A stretch of 64,000 bases of DNA from Clostridia bacterium. GTDB taxonomy: Bacteria > Bacillota > Clostridia > Christensenellales > CAG-1252. Shown here piece by piece: positions 31,932-44,596 of the stretch (positions within the stretch are counted from its first letter, which is position 1; the number at the start of each line of letters is the position of its first letter). The DNA is taken from positions 69,578-133,577 of the forward strand of contig JAFPXC010000020.1 of NCBI GenBank assembly GCA_017394805.1. Direction: 5' to 3'. Below the pieces are notes generated by a model that had not been told where the DNA came from, made no database searches, and saw only the letters and a program-made list of their open reading frames with translations. The position numbers and the translations under genes were made by a program.

Positions 31932-34548
31932 GGTTTGCCCTCTCGATAAGGTCGGCCAACACCAGCATAGCCTGCACGGGCGTCAGCCGTTCGACGTTGG
32001 TCTCCTTGAGTATTTTGCGTATTTCTTCGGCGGTTTCGTCGTGCTCTGCAAACATACTCATTTGCGATTGATTTACACCGCCTAACGTGTCCAACATAAT
32101 GGAATTGGTGTCGCTCGCTTCGCGGCGTTCGAGCTTCTTGGCAATCTCTTTGGCGCGTACCAAGACGGGTTTTGGTACGCCCGCCATGCCCGCGACCTCG
32201 ATGCCGAAACTCTTGTTGGTGCCACCGCGTGCGATGCGGTGCAAAAACACCACGTTGTCGCCCTTCTCGTCCACCAATACGCGGTAGTTCTTGACCGCAG
32301 CCAACTTGCCCTCCAACTCGGTCAATTCGTGGTAGTGCGTGGCGAACAAGGTCTTGGCGCCTACGACGTTGGTGACGTATTCCATCACGCTCCAGGCGAT
32401 GGACAGGCCGTCCACCGACGAGGTGCCGCGCCCGATTTCGTCCATAATAAGCAGGGAATCCTTGGTAGCGTTGTGCAGAATGTTGGCCACCTCGATCATC
32501 TCCACCATGAATGTACTCTGCGCGTTGGCGAGGTCATCCGAAGCGCCCACCCGCGTGAAAATGCGGTCGACGAGGCATATCTCCGCCTTTTCGGCGGGGA
32601 CGAAACAGCCCACGTGCGCCATCAAAACGATGATGGCCACCTGCCGCATATAGGTACTTTTGCCCGCCATATTGGGGCCGGTGATGACCATGGTGCGGCA
32701 ATCCTTGTCCAAGGTGGTGTCGTTGGGCGTGAACTTGTTTTTGCCGAGCAATTTCTCGATGACGGGATGGCGCCCGCCCACGATATTGATGGCCTTGATC
32801 TTGGCGCCGATGGTGGGCTTGACGTAGTTGTTTTCGATGCTCACCAAAGCGAAGGACAGCAAGGTGTCCGCCTCGGCGATGGCGCCCGCCGTGACGATGA
32901 GGTCCTTGACGATGGCGTTGAGCATACTGCGCAACTGCGCGAAAATGGCCTGCTCCAAAGCGACCGCTTTGTCGTGTGCGCCCAGCACCTTGCTTTCCAA
33001 CTCGATGAGTTCGTCCGTCTTGTAGCGTTCGCCGTTGGTCAAGGTCTGCTTGCGTTGGTAGCGCTCGGGCACCAAGTCAATATTAAGCTTAGTCACCTCG
33101 ATATAGTAGCCGAATACGTGGTTGAAACCTATTTTGAGGTTTTTGATGCCCGTCTCGGCCTTTTCTTTGTTTTCCAAATCCTTGATCCATTGCTTGCCGT
33201 TGGCCTCGGCCGAGCGGTATTCGTCCAAATCGCGGTTGAAACCGTCGGCAATGTAGCCGCCGTCGCTGACGAGCATGGGCGGATTGTCGCAAATGGCCTT
33301 GCTGACCACCTCGGTCTCGCGCTCGAAGAGGGAGATATCGGCGGCGAGGGATTGCAACAACTCGCACTTGGCCTTGTCGAGTATGCCTTTGACGACGGGC
33401 AGCACGACCAGCGAATTGCCGATGGCGAGAACGTCGCGGGGGTTGACCGAATTGTACGACACCTTGCCGGCCAAACGCTCCAAATCGCGCACACAGCCCA
33501 AAACACGCGTCAAATCCGTGCGTAGGCGCACGTTTTTGATGAGTTCGGCTACGGCTGCAAGCCGCTCGTTGATGGCCTTCTCGTTGCGCAAAGGCGCGTC
33601 TATCCATCGGCGCAAATTCCTTGCGCCCATCGCCGTCTGCGTCTTATCCATCAGCCAAAGCAAAGTGCCCTCTTTGCGGCGGTCGCGAATGGTCTCGGTG
33701 AGTTCGAGATTGCGCCTGGTGGCCGCGTCGAAGAACATAATGGACGATTGATTGACCTTTTGCACCTTGTTGAAATGGGACAAAGCGCGCTTTTGCGTCT
33801 CCAACAAATAGGACATAAGAGCGCCTGCCGCCGATATGCCCAAGGGACAATCCTCGCACTCGTAGGCCTCCAAGGTGCGCACGCCGAATTGTTGGCACAA
33901 TACGCCGTACGCGTCCGTATATTTGAAGGCGTAGTCGTAGTATATGGTGGGATTGACGCGGTACACGGCGTCGGGATTGAGCCTATTCTTGCCGTCCGCG
34001 TTGAGGATTATCTCGCTGGCGTGTACGCCGTTGAGAATGTTCTCGGCCATCTTTAGAGCGTCCTCTCCCTCGGTCTGCGTCAACTTAAATTCGCCCGTCG
34101 AAAGGTCGGCGTAGGCGACGCCGCAGCCCTTGGCGGTGTAATAAAACGCGGCGAGATAGTTGTTTTGCTTCTCGTCGAGAATGGTGTCCTCGACCACCGT
34201 GCCCGCCGTGATGACACGAACGACGTCACGTTCGAGCATACCCTTGCTCTCGCCCGGCGAGGTAAGTTGCTCGCAAATAGCCACCTTGTAGCCCTTGTTG
34301 ATGAGACGGCTGACGTAGGTGTCGACCGCGTGGTAGGGAACGCCGCACATGGGCGCACGCTCGGGAAGACCGCAATCGCGGCCCGTGAGCGTCAACTCCA
34401 ACTCGCGCGAGACCGTAACGGCGTCGTCGAAAAACATTTCGTAGAAGTCGCCCAGACGGTACATCAATATGACGTCGGGATATTGCTCCTTGACGTCCAT
34501 ATAGTGTTGCATCATAGGGGATAATTTGGATTTGTCCGGCAAGCTCAT
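31924..34548 (-). CDS. mutS: DNA mismatch repair protein MutS
   Basis: 874 aa from the ATG at 34548 (MSLPDKSKLSPMMQHYMDVKEQYPD). Walker A GPNMAGKST. ATGA overlap with the miaB stop. The ORF track adds a spurious 42-aa extension. Confidence 0.93.
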   Translation of the reverse strand: MSLPDKSKLSPMMQHYMDVKEQYPDVILMYRLGDFYEMFFDDAVTVSRELELTLTGRDCGLPERAPMCGVPYHAVDTYVSRLINKGYKVAICEQLTSPGESKGMLERDVVRVITAGTVVEDTILDEKQNNYLAAFYYTAKGCGVAYADLSTGEFKLTQTEGEDALKMAENILNGVHASEIILNADGKNRLNPDAVYRVNPTIYYDYAFKYTDAYGVLCQQFGVRTLEAYECEDCPLGISAAGALMSYLLETQKRALSHFNKVQKVNQSSIMFFDAATRRNLELTETIRDRRKEGTLLWLMDKTQTAMGARNLRRWIDAPLRNEKAINERLAAVAELIKNVRLRTDLTRVLGCVRDLERLAGKVSYNSVNPRDVLAIGNSLVVLPVVKGILDKAKCELLQSLAADISLFERETEVVSKAICDNPPMLVSDGGYIADGFNRDLDEYRSAEANGKQWIKDLENKEKAETGIKNLKIGFNHVFGYYIEVTKLNIDLVPERYQRKQTLTNGERYKTDELIELESKVLGAHDKAVALEQAIFAQLRSMLNAIVKDLIVTAGAIAEADTLLSFALVSIENNYVKPTIGAKIKAINIVGGRHPVIEKLLGKNKFTPNDTTLDKDCRTMVITGPNMAGKSTYMRQVAIIVLMAHVGCFVPAEKAEICLVDRIFTRVGASDDLANAQSTFMVEMIEVANILHNATKDSLLIMDEIGRGTSSVDGLSIAWSVMEYVTNVVGAKTLFATHYHELTELEGKLAAVKNYRVLVDEKGDNVVFLHRIARGGTNKSFGIEVAGMAGVPKPVLVRAKEIAKKLERREASDTNSIMLDTLGGVNQSQMSMFAEHDETAEEIRKILKETNVERLTPVQAMLVLADLIERANHG

Positions 34549-35852
34549 AGTATCTCTCCAAACAATGAAGCGGACTGTGACCGCGTGATTTTGACCGTAA
34601 CGAATTGCCCGATAAGGTCGGCGCCGCCCTCGAAAGTGACCAATCGACCGCTCTCCGTCCTGCCGCACACGCACCCTGCCCGCTTGGGCGCGACGTCCTC
34701 GACCAGCACTTCATACGAATGCCCCGTGTAGGTGTCGCTGATCTCTTTGGTGATGCGGTTTTGTTCGGCAACCAAAGCGGTGATACGCGCTTTTTTGACG
34801 CCGGGCGGTATCTGCTCCATCGTGGCGGCGGGCGTGCCTTTGCGCGGCGAATAGACGAAGGTGAACGCGTTGGAGAAGCGCACCTTGCGTACCAGATCCA
34901 AGGTGTCCTCGAAGTCCTCATCCGTCTCGCCGGGGAAGCCGATCATTATGTCCGACGTAATGCCGACGTCGGGCAATTTGGCCTTGAGTTCCTCGATGAT
35001 GGCGAGGTAGCGGGCGCGATCGTAGTGGCGATTCATCGCTTTGAGAATCCTGTCCGAACCCGATTGCACGGGCAAGTGCACGTTGTTGCATATATTGGGA
35101 TAGCGCGCTATGACGTCGATGACTTTGCTCGAAAAGTCCTTGGGGTGCGAGGTCATAAAGCGTATGCGGTATTTGCCTTCGATTTGGGCGATGCGCTCTA
35201 GGAGGTCTGCGAAGTTTTCGCCGTCCGCAAGGTCGCTGCCGTAACTGTCTACGTTCTGCCCGAGCAAGGTGATCTCCTTGTACCCTTCGGCGATAAGCGC
35301 GCGCACCTCGGCGACCACGTCCTCGATTTTGCGCGAACGCTCACGCCCGCGCACGTAGGGCACGATGCAGTAGGTGCAAAAATTGTTGCAACCGTACATA
35401 ATATTGACCCAAGCGTTGGGATAGGAGGTACGGGTAACGGGCAATTTGGCGTCCGCGTCGACGGTGCTGTCGGCGAGCGAAACGCTCTTTTTTCCGCGCC
35501 GTCTGGCTACGACTGCGGCGGGTAATTCGGCCAAATTGGACGTGCCCAAAACGATATCCACGTAGGGGAATTTCTTTTTGAGCAACTCGGCGGCGCCTTT
35601 TTGCTGGGTCATACAGCCCACGACGGCGATAATCATGTCTTTCTTTTGGCGTTTGAGCCCTTTCAAAACCCCGATATTGCCCTGAATCTTCTTCTCGGCG
35701 GTGTCGCGGATACAGCAAGTATTGAAGACCACGATATCCGCGTCTTCTTCGCTATTGCACGCCGAATAGCCGATGGCTTCGAGCATACCGGCGATCTTTT
35801 CGGACTCATGCACGTTCATTTGGCAACCGTACGTCTTGATAAGGTAATTCAT
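34545..35852 (-). CDS. miaB: tRNA-2-methylthio-N6-dimethylallyladenosine synthase
   Basis: 435 aa. UPF0004 N-terminus (TYGCQMNVHESE), radical-SAM motif CNNFCTYCIVP and a TRAM C-terminus. Confidence 0.92.
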   Translation of the reverse strand: MNYLIKTYGCQMNVHESEKIAGMLEAIGYSACNSEEDADIVVFNTCCIRDTAEKKIQGNIGVLKGLKRQKKDMIIAVVGCMTQQKGAAELLKKKFPYVDIVLGTSNLAELPAAVVARRRGKKSVSLADSTVDADAKLPVTRTSYPNAWVNIMYGCNNFCTYCIVPYVRGRERSRKIEDVVAEVRALIAEGYKEITLLGQNVDSYGSDLADGENFADLLERIAQIEGKYRIRFMTSHPKDFSSKVIDVIARYPNICNNVHLPVQSGSDRILKAMNRHYDRARYLAIIEELKAKLPDVGITSDIMIGFPGETDEDFEDTLDLVRKVRFSNAFTFVYSPRKGTPAATMEQIPPGVKKARITALVAEQNRITKEISDTYTGHSYEVLVEDVAPKRAGCVCGRTESGRLVTFEGGADLIGQFVTVKITRSQSASLFGEIL

Positions 35853-36075
35853 AACCCCCTCCGCTTTGACAAATTATACAACCATACGAACGCCCATTCT
35901 AACGAATGGTATCTAACTGCGTATAGATTGGTCGCTGCGCTCCCTGCGTTCGGCTGCAAGGCGGCGCGAACGACGTGCAAATACTACGTGCTTGCGCGTT
36001 CGCTTCTATTATAGCATATTGCGCTCTATTTCGCAAGGATTTGGGCGACAAATATGCGCGTATATAGTATTCTCA

Positions 36076-36104
36076 ATAAAAAATGGACGAGGCAAGCCTC
36101 GTCC
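36076..36104 (-). terminator. Intrinsic terminator after pgi
   Basis: GGACGAGG / CCTCGTCC stem with a 4-nt loop. A T-run follows on the minus strand. Confidence 0.75.
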
Positions 36105-36125
36105 AAGATTGGTTTCTATGTGCGT

Positions 36126-37526
36126 TTAGCCGATGATATACTTCTCGCTCTTGGCCTTGGCAGACTGCAACTCTTTCTTCTTTTCTTCGAATCCCTTGCG
36201 GTCGAACAAAGCGAAGGTGGCTTTCTTGCCCTCTTCCACGCCGGGTTGGTTGAAGGTGTTGATATTGAGCAAAGCGCCGCAGTAGGCGGTCTCGAGCATG
36301 AAGAGCATCAACAGTTGCCCCAAAGTAAACTCGTTGACTTGGGGAACGTAGATGGTGTGATTGAGACGGTTGGCCTTGGTGAGCGCGTACTCGGTGGCGA
36401 TGCGCTCGTTGTTGAGCAAAGTGCCCATATCGTTGCCGCACAGGAAGTTGACGTCGGGGAAATCGGGCAAGCCCTGCGGTATGAGATATTCCTTGCGGAA
36501 ATTGTCCACGGCGATGAACGTGACCACCTTGTCGAAGGGGCCTTCGGTGTACAGTTGGATTTGGCTGTGCTGGTCGGTGACGCCCAACGCTTTGACGGGC
36601 GTTTGCCCCGCGTATACGGTCTTGCCGTCGTAGTCGACGGCCTTGCCCAAACTCTCGCCCCACAGTTGGCAATACCAATCCGCGATATATTTGAGGCTGT
36701 CGGCATAGGGCATCATAACCGAAATGTTCTTGCCCTTGCGCATGGCGATATATTGCAAGACGGCGCACATCAAGGGCGCGTTCTCGGCGGGGTCGGCGGA
36801 TTTGGAGCGCTCCTGCATATCTTTGGCACCCGCGAGGAATGCCTTGATATCAATGTCCAATACGGCCGCGGGCAACAAGCCCACGGGGCACAACTCGGAG
36901 AAGCGACCGCCCACCGAATCGGGAATGTAGAAGGTCTTGAAGCCCTCTTTTTGGGCCAATTTGATGAGGTTGCCTTTGCAGGTGTCCGTGGTGGCGATGA
37001 CGTTCTTCGCCCAATCCGCACCGATCTGCTTTTGGAGAATATCGCTGATGATGAGGTATTGGCTCATGGTCTCGCTGGTGGCGCCCGATTTGGTGATGAC
37101 GTTGAAGCAGGTCTCCTTGGGGTCGATGATATCCATCAAAGCGTTCATACGCTCGGGGTCCACGTTGTCTTCCACGTAGAACTTGGGGCCGCCGCGCTTG
37201 TCGTCGGGCAACTCGTTGTAGTGCAGGTGTTTGAGCGCCTGAAATACGGCGATGGGGCCCAAAGCCGAGCCGCCGATGCCCAGCACGACGAAGGCCTTGA
37301 ACTGCTTGCGCACCGCCTTGGCGGTGGCGATGATATCCTCGACGATGGCGTCTTGGTTGTAGGCCAATTCCGCCCAGCCGAGCATCCCTTTGCCGCTGTT
37401 GTCGCGCACGTACTCGAAAGCCTTGGCCGCTTGGGGCTTGATGGCCTCGATCTCTTGGTCGGTGAAGCCCTCTTTGCCGATATAATCGGCCATCATATTG
37501 TTGTAATCCAATCTGATACGTTCCAT
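36126..37526 (-). CDS. pgi: Glucose-6-phosphate isomerase (short Firmicutes type)
   Basis: 466 aa. SIS-domain motifs (VVLGIGGSALGP, ITKSGATSET). SD AAGGAG. Confidence 0.9.
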   Translation of the reverse strand: MERIRLDYNNMMADYIGKEGFTDQEIEAIKPQAAKAFEYVRDNSGKGMLGWAELAYNQDAIVEDIIATAKAVRKQFKAFVVLGIGGSALGPIAVFQALKHLHYNELPDDKRGGPKFYVEDNVDPERMNALMDIIDPKETCFNVITKSGATSETMSQYLIISDILQKQIGADWAKNVIATTDTCKGNLIKLAQKEGFKTFYIPDSVGGRFSELCPVGLLPAAVLDIDIKAFLAGAKDMQERSKSADPAENAPLMCAVLQYIAMRKGKNISVMMPYADSLKYIADWYCQLWGESLGKAVDYDGKTVYAGQTPVKALGVTDQHSQIQLYTEGPFDKVVTFIAVDNFRKEYLIPQGLPDFPDVNFLCGNDMGTLLNNERIATEYALTKANRLNHTIYVPQVNEFTLGQLLMLFMLETAYCGALLNINTFNQPGVEEGKKATFALFDRKGFEEKKKELQSAKAKSEKYIIG

Positions 37527-37536
37527 ATTCTTCTCC

Positions 37537-38340
37537 TTACTTGACGTTTTGTCTTAGTGATTTCAGATATTGCAAACTGTCTTGCAACTCATATACTTCC
37601 TTGAAATTGTTCTGGTAGGCTTCGATGAGCACCGCGCCCTCGAACCCCATATCGGCAAGGCGTTGGAAAAACGCCTTGAAGTCGAAACTGCCCCTGCCCG
37701 GCAAGCACAAAGTCTTGTCGTCGTCGTAGTCAACGACGTGCACGGTGGCCAAGCGGCTGCCCATGGCGTCCAGATAGGCGTAGACGTCCACCTCGGACTG
37801 CATGGCCTGCTTGATATCCAAAGTGGTGCGCAAATCCGCGTCGTAGGGCGACAAAGAGGTGATGAATTCGGGATAGTTGTAGTAGGCCCAATGCACGTTT
37901 TCGTAACACAAAGTGACGCCGTATTCGTGGCATATCTCGTCCACGTGCTTGACCTTGGGGCCGAAAGTGGCGAAGTCGATATGGTAGGGCTTGCGTTTGA
38001 GCCGCGCCGGCCCGTGAAAGGTGTAGAACTTCGCGCCCATCATCCGTCCGTTGCCCAACGCCAACCGAAGCCACTCTTCCGCGTCCTCTACCGTCCTGGG
38101 GCTGATATTGAACAACTCGGGCTCGAAATGCTGGTTGAGCGTGTGAATGCTGTGAATGGGCAAATCGCCCTTGTTGCGCACGTACAGCCTGCCGAACTCG
38201 GGCTTGTACTCGCGGAAGGTGCTCATAAAAACCTCAGCCGTCTCCGCGCCCAAATCGCGCACGACGGGTAAGGCGTCTTCGGTGTGGTACCGCGTAAACA
38301 AGGACGCGGTGGATATTCCCAACTTGAACTGTGCACTCAT
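37537..38340 (-). CDS. Sugar phosphate isomerase/epimerase (xylose-isomerase-like TIM barrel)
   Basis: 267 aa from the ATG at 38340 (MSAQFKLGISTASLF...). The family call rests on the overall pattern of TIM-barrel AP-endonuclease-2-like proteins. The GTG extension in the ORF track lacks an SD. Confidence 0.72.
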   Translation of the reverse strand: MSAQFKLGISTASLFTRYHTEDALPVVRDLGAETAEVFMSTFREYKPEFGRLYVRNKGDLPIHSIHTLNQHFEPELFNISPRTVEDAEEWLRLALGNGRMMGAKFYTFHGPARLKRKPYHIDFATFGPKVKHVDEICHEYGVTLCYENVHWAYYNYPEFITSLSPYDADLRTTLDIKQAMQSEVDVYAYLDAMGSRLATVHVVDYDDDKTLCLPGRGSFDFKAFFQRLADMGFEGAVLIEAYQNNFKEVYELQDSLQYLKSLRQNVK

Positions 38341-38375
38341 AGTCGTATTATACAATACAAAAGCATATTTTGCAA
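38341..38375 (-). promoter_or_regulatory. Putative promoter giving leaderless mRNA for the isomerase/epimerase gene
   Basis: Minus strand TTGCAA - 17 nt (ending in TG) - TATAAT - 6 nt - ATG (38340). Confidence 0.55.
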
Positions 38376-38486
38376 TCCTCACCGCAAAAAACTTTTATTT
38401 ATTTGTTATTTATCGCGGTCTGACGGCTCCCCCCCCAAAAAAAAGAAAAGCGGCTAGCGAAGTAGCCGCCGATTGGTGATCGAGCG

Positions 38487-38798
38487 TTAATTCGCCTCGT
38501 CCGGCATTTTGAGATATACGTCGTACAATTCCCGTACCAATTCCATATCGTCTTCGACAAAGAGGCTATTGCCGCCATCGTCGTCGACGTCGACCTTAAA
38601 TAGGATGGTTTCGTCTGTCTCTACGCCGCAATAGGGCCGCATGGGACGCAGGAATACGTATAAGTCTTCTTCGTGCGGAATAATGGCAATTTGCTCGAAC
38701 TCACAGGTAGTGCCGTTCTCTTCGCATAGGGTGATGGGGTCGGTGTTGTCTTGGTCCAAGAGGACGTCCAGAATGTCAAAGTTCTCTTCTTTATTCAT
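38487..38798 (-). CDS. DUF1292-family small acidic protein
   Basis: 103 aa. The pattern ...CEFEQIAIIPHEEDLYVFLRPM... is typical of DUF1292 as I recall it. SD GGAAGGAGG. A terminator lies at 38437-38469. Confidence 0.72.
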   Translation of the reverse strand: MNKEENFDILDVLLDQDNTDPITLCEENGTTCEFEQIAIIPHEEDLYVFLRPMRPYCGVETDETILFKVDVDDDGGNSLFVEDDMELVRELYDVYLKMPDEAN

Positions 38799-38952
38799 AA
38801 TTGCCTCCTTCCGAGGGTATGACCTCGTGGTATATTGTCCGTAAGGACGTATTCGGTATAGTACGCCCCGCGGGCGTTCGTCAACGGTCGGGGACGAAAT
38901 TTTATAAAAAAAAAAGGCTCGATCGCTCGAGCCTTTTGGATGATAGATACGC

Positions 38953-39468
38953 TTAGAATTCGCCTTCGATCATACCGACGTTGCCGTCCTGGCGCTTGTA
39001 CACCAAACTGACCAAGCCCGTCTCGGCGTTGAGGAAGAGATAGAAATTGTTGTCCAACATTTCCATTTGGAACAAGGCCTCCTCGACCGACATACTTTGC
39101 AGTTTGTAGTGTTTGGTACGCACCAAGGTGGGCATCACTTCGGGCTCGGCCTCGGCGGGTACTTCGATCTTCTCGCGCAGATTCTTGTTGAGTTTGGTGC
39201 GATATTTGCGCATTTGGCGCTCGACTTTGGGTACGACGACGTCCACGTTGTTGTACATATTGTCCGAAGTTTCTTCGGCGCGCAAGGTGGTGGAGCCCAA
39301 CGAAATGGTCAACTCCATTTTGCACTTGCCGTGTTCCTCTTTGCAGACGACACGCGCAACGTCCTCATCCGAGAAGTAATGCCCGAGTTGTTTGTCGATC
39401 TTGTGACGAATAACGTCTTCGAGATGAGCGCTGACGTCGTATTTCCTTCCGACTATTTCGATACGCAT
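38953..39468 (-). CDS. hpf: Ribosome hibernation-promoting factor (long HPF)
   Basis: 171 aa. MRIEIVGRKYDVSAHLEDVIRHKIDK... with the C-terminal dimerisation domain. SD AAGGAGG. Followed by a GGCTCGA/TCGAGCC + T10 terminator (38906-38937). Confidence 0.9.
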   Translation of the reverse strand: MRIEIVGRKYDVSAHLEDVIRHKIDKQLGHYFSDEDVARVVCKEEHGKCKMELTISLGSTTLRAEETSDNMYNNVDVVVPKVERQMRKYRTKLNKNLREKIEVPAEAEPEVMPTLVRTKHYKLQSMSVEEALFQMEMLDNNFYLFLNAETGLVSLVYKRQDGNVGMIEGEF

Positions 39469-39562
39469 AGTTGTTGCCTCCTTATGTTGATTTGAAACGC
39501 GAGGTTTCTTGTCTACATTATACCGTATCTTTCCCCCCGTTTCAAGGGGGTATTTTCAAATT

Positions 39563-42124
<2,562 letters not shown>

Positions 42125-42134
42125 AATGTCCTCC

Positions 42135-42971
42135 TTATTCCAAACCCTCCACGTACTTGCGGAAGGCGTCTTTGTTGCCCTCGTCCACCGCGAGGTGGTT
42201 GAAGGCGTGTATGTAGCCGAATTTATTGCCCACGTCGTAGCGCTCGCCCGAGAACTTGCAGTATTGCACGTGTGCTTTTCCGGCCTCGATATTGAGAGCG
42301 TCCGTGAGCCACAATTCGCCCGCACGGACGTCCGTGTTGCGCAGTATTTCAAATCCCTTTTTGTCCAATACGAAGCGCCCGAGGCTGGTCAAATTGCCCG
42401 ACAGTTCGCCCTGCGGCTTCTCTACGATGCGGCTGACTCTGCCGTTGCGGTCGGTCTCGGCCTTGCCCTCTACGAGGGCACAGGTGCGGATGATCTCCTC
42501 TTTTTGCGCCTGTACGCCGATGACCGAGCAATAGTCGTGCGTGGTAGATACGTCGATGAGTTGCTTGGTGGCGGCGGGATCGCCCACGATGATATCGTCG
42601 CCGAACAAGACGGCTACCGTCTGTCCGTCGGCGAATTCCATGCCGCGAAGAACGGCGGCGCCCGAGCCGTACAGATTGCCTTGATAGTTGAAGGCTACGC
42701 TGACCATCTTGCCCAAACAGTTGTATTCGTAGGTGCCGCCTTTGTCGAAGGTGCGCGGATCCTCGGTGCCCGCGAAATATTTGGCAACCATCCCTTTTTC
42801 GTGATTGATGACGAACAAAATCTCGGTGACGCCGCTCGCCACGGCCTCTTCCACGATGTATTGCAACGTGGGTTTGACGCCGATGGGCAGCATCTCCTTG
42901 GCGATGATGTTGGTGATGGGTTGCATCCGTGTACCGCGACCTGCTACGGGGATAATGGCTTTTTTGATCAT
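42135..42971 (-). CDS. galU: UTP--glucose-1-phosphate uridylyltransferase
   Basis: 278 aa from the ATG at 42971 (AAAGGAGAG upstream). The N-terminal KAIIPVAGRGTRMQPITNIIAKEMLPI is a nucleotidyltransferase motif. Confidence 0.82.
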   Translation of the reverse strand: MIKKAIIPVAGRGTRMQPITNIIAKEMLPIGVKPTLQYIVEEAVASGVTEILFVINHEKGMVAKYFAGTEDPRTFDKGGTYEYNCLGKMVSVAFNYQGNLYGSGAAVLRGMEFADGQTVAVLFGDDIIVGDPAATKQLIDVSTTHDYCSVIGVQAQKEEIIRTCALVEGKAETDRNGRVSRIVEKPQGELSGNLTSLGRFVLDKKGFEILRNTDVRAGELWLTDALNIEAGKAHVQYCKFSGERYDVGNKFGYIHAFNHLAVDEGNKDAFRKYVEGLE

Positions 42972-42996
42972 ATTGCTCTCCTTTATGATTTGCCTA

Positions 42997-43031
42997 TTGG
43001 CAATTTGCGTTTTTCGGTGTATAATAATGGT
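42997..43031 (+). promoter_or_regulatory. Putative promoter giving leaderless dinB mRNA
   Basis: TTGGCA - 17 nt (ending in TG) - TATAAT (43020-43025) - 6 nt - ATG (43032). Confidence 0.5.
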
Positions 43032-44288
43032 ATGCTTACACCCGATTTTTCTCGTATCATCCTGCATATCGACGCCAACAACTTCTACGCGTCCTGCGAA
43101 TGCGCCCGCAACCCCGAACTCAGGGGACACCCCTTGGTGGTGTGCGGCAATCCGCAAAAACGCAAAGGTATCGTGTTGGCCAAGTCCTACGAAGCCAAAC
43201 GCTACGGCATTCAAACGGGGGATACGGTGTTTACCGCCCAAAAGAAGTGCCCTAACGTTATTTTGATTCAACCGGACTTTTCTATTTATTCCTATTACAG
43301 CAAGCGGCTGTTTGCGCTCTACACGCAGTACACCGACCGCGTGGAAAGTTTCGGTATGGACGAGTGCTGGCTGGACGTCACGGGCTCCAAGCGCCTCTTC
43401 GGCGACGGCAAGCAAATCGCGGACGCCATACGCGAGAAGGTCAAGGAAGACCTACGACTCACCGTATCCGTCGGCGTGTCCTTTACCAAGGTCTTCGCCA
43501 AACTCGGCTCGGACTACAAGAAGCCCGACGCTACCACGGTCATCGACCGCGACAACTACCGCACCCTCGCCTGGGGCCTGCCCGTCGGCGATATGATCAT
43601 GGTCGGGCACCAGACCGAGAAAGCCTTGCGCAACATCGGCATACTCACCATAGGTGAGTTGGCCAACGCGCCCGAGAATATCCTGCGGGACAAGTTCGGC
43701 GTCAACGGCGTCAAACTAATGCACGCGGCGCAGGGTATCGAGGACGGCGAAGTGATGCACTACTACGACCACGTGATACCCGAAAGCATTTCCAACGGCA
43801 CCACCACCTCGGTGGATATCGAACGCGTCGAAGAAGCGCTCGCTCTCGTTACCACATTATCCGATATGGTGACCACGCGCCTGAGGGGGTACGGCCTACG
43901 CGCCATGGGTTGCTTCATCTACTGCAAATCGCACGATTTCGCGGGATTCGGCGGCACCATGCGGCTGGACTACCCCATCGGCTCGGCGAGCGAACTCATT
44001 GACAACTGTATGGAGATGCTGCGCTCTTTGTGGAGCGAACGCTCGTTCGTACCCTTGCGCTCCATCACCTTGGGCGTGTCGCGCCTCATCGGCGGCGACG
44101 TCTATTGGCAGACCTCTATATTTGACACGGTGGACCACCAACGCAACACGCAGGCCGACCAAGCCGTGGACGGCATACGCGCCAAGTTCGGCAAAGGCGT
44201 CATTTCCAGAGCCGCCACCCTCACCTACACCTATACGACGGACGAAATACTCGACGACAGCACCTACAAACCCTTCAAAAAGAACTGA
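43032..44288 (+). CDS. dinB: DNA polymerase IV (Y-family)
   Basis: 418 aa. ILHIDANNFYASCE, SFGMDECWLD and SVGVSFTKVFAKLGSDYKKPD motifs. The ORF-track entry 42111..44288 is this gene fused to an antisense shadow of galU. Confidence 0.9.
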   Translation: MLTPDFSRIILHIDANNFYASCECARNPELRGHPLVVCGNPQKRKGIVLAKSYEAKRYGIQTGDTVFTAQKKCPNVILIQPDFSIYSYYSKRLFALYTQYTDRVESFGMDECWLDVTGSKRLFGDGKQIADAIREKVKEDLRLTVSVGVSFTKVFAKLGSDYKKPDATTVIDRDNYRTLAWGLPVGDMIMVGHQTEKALRNIGILTIGELANAPENILRDKFGVNGVKLMHAAQGIEDGEVMHYYDHVIPESISNGTTTSVDIERVEEALALVTTLSDMVTTRLRGYGLRAMGCFIYCKSHDFAGFGGTMRLDYPIGSASELIDNCMEMLRSLWSERSFVPLRSITLGVSRLIGGDVYWQTSIFDTVDHQRNTQADQAVDGIRAKFGKGVISRAATLTYTYTTDEILDDSTYKPFKKN

Positions 44289-44373
44289 TTTTCGCAAAAA
44301 AACGTTTGACTTTTCGAGGATTCTATAATATAGTATTACCATCAATCGGTTAGCGAAAGGTAGGTGAAAAGGA

Positions 44374-44556
44374 ATGTCAGTCGTCAAAGTACGTGATGGT
44401 GAGTCGTTGGACAGCGCTATCAAACGCTTCAAGCGTCAATGTACCAAGGAAGGTATCATCGGCGATATCAAGCGCAAAGAGGCTTATGAAAAACCCTCCG
44501 TTAAGCGTAAGAAGAAGCAAGAAGCCGCCAGAAAGCGCAAGAACAACCGTGACTAA
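44374..44556 (+). CDS. rpsU: 30S ribosomal protein S21
   Basis: 60 aa. [25 protein letters not shown] ... [11 protein letters not shown]. Confidence 0.92.
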   Translation: MSVVKVRDGESLDSAIKRFKRQCTKEGIIGDIKRKEAYEKPSVKRKKKQEAARKRKNNRD

Positions 44557-44568
44557 TCCTTAGTCCCT

Positions 44569-44593
44569 ACCGCACCTTCGGGTGCGGTTTTTC
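44569..44593 (+). terminator. Intrinsic terminator after rpsU
   Basis: ACCGCACC-TTCG-GGTGCGGT followed by a T-run. Confidence 0.8.
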
Positions 44594-44596
44594 TTT

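Noticed and set aside
38429-38444. C8 followed by A8 homopolymer tract as a phase-variation switch
   Set aside because: On the minus strand this is simply the T-rich tail (TTTTCTTTTTTTT) of the DUF1292 gene terminator, followed by G8. It lies about 55 bp upstream of the next promoter, not between the -35 and -10 or inside a CDS. Slippage is possible, but nothing in the sequence suggests a function.
39469-39562. raiA-motif RNA upstream of hpf, or a large structured ncRNA (OLE, GOLLD, ROOL) in the long intergenic regions
   Set aside because: The hpf upstream spacer is only about 95 bp and unstructured. The 1.5-kb intergenic region is AT-rich palindromic DNA, without the GC-rich nested helices expected of those RNAs. 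A covariance-model scan would be needed for certainty.
42972-43031. LexA/SOS box in front of dinB
   Set aside because: There is no GAAC-N4-GTTC-type box. The only symmetry is a short TTGCC-N4-GGCAA repeat (42990-43003) overlapping the -35, and it is too short to distinguish from chance.
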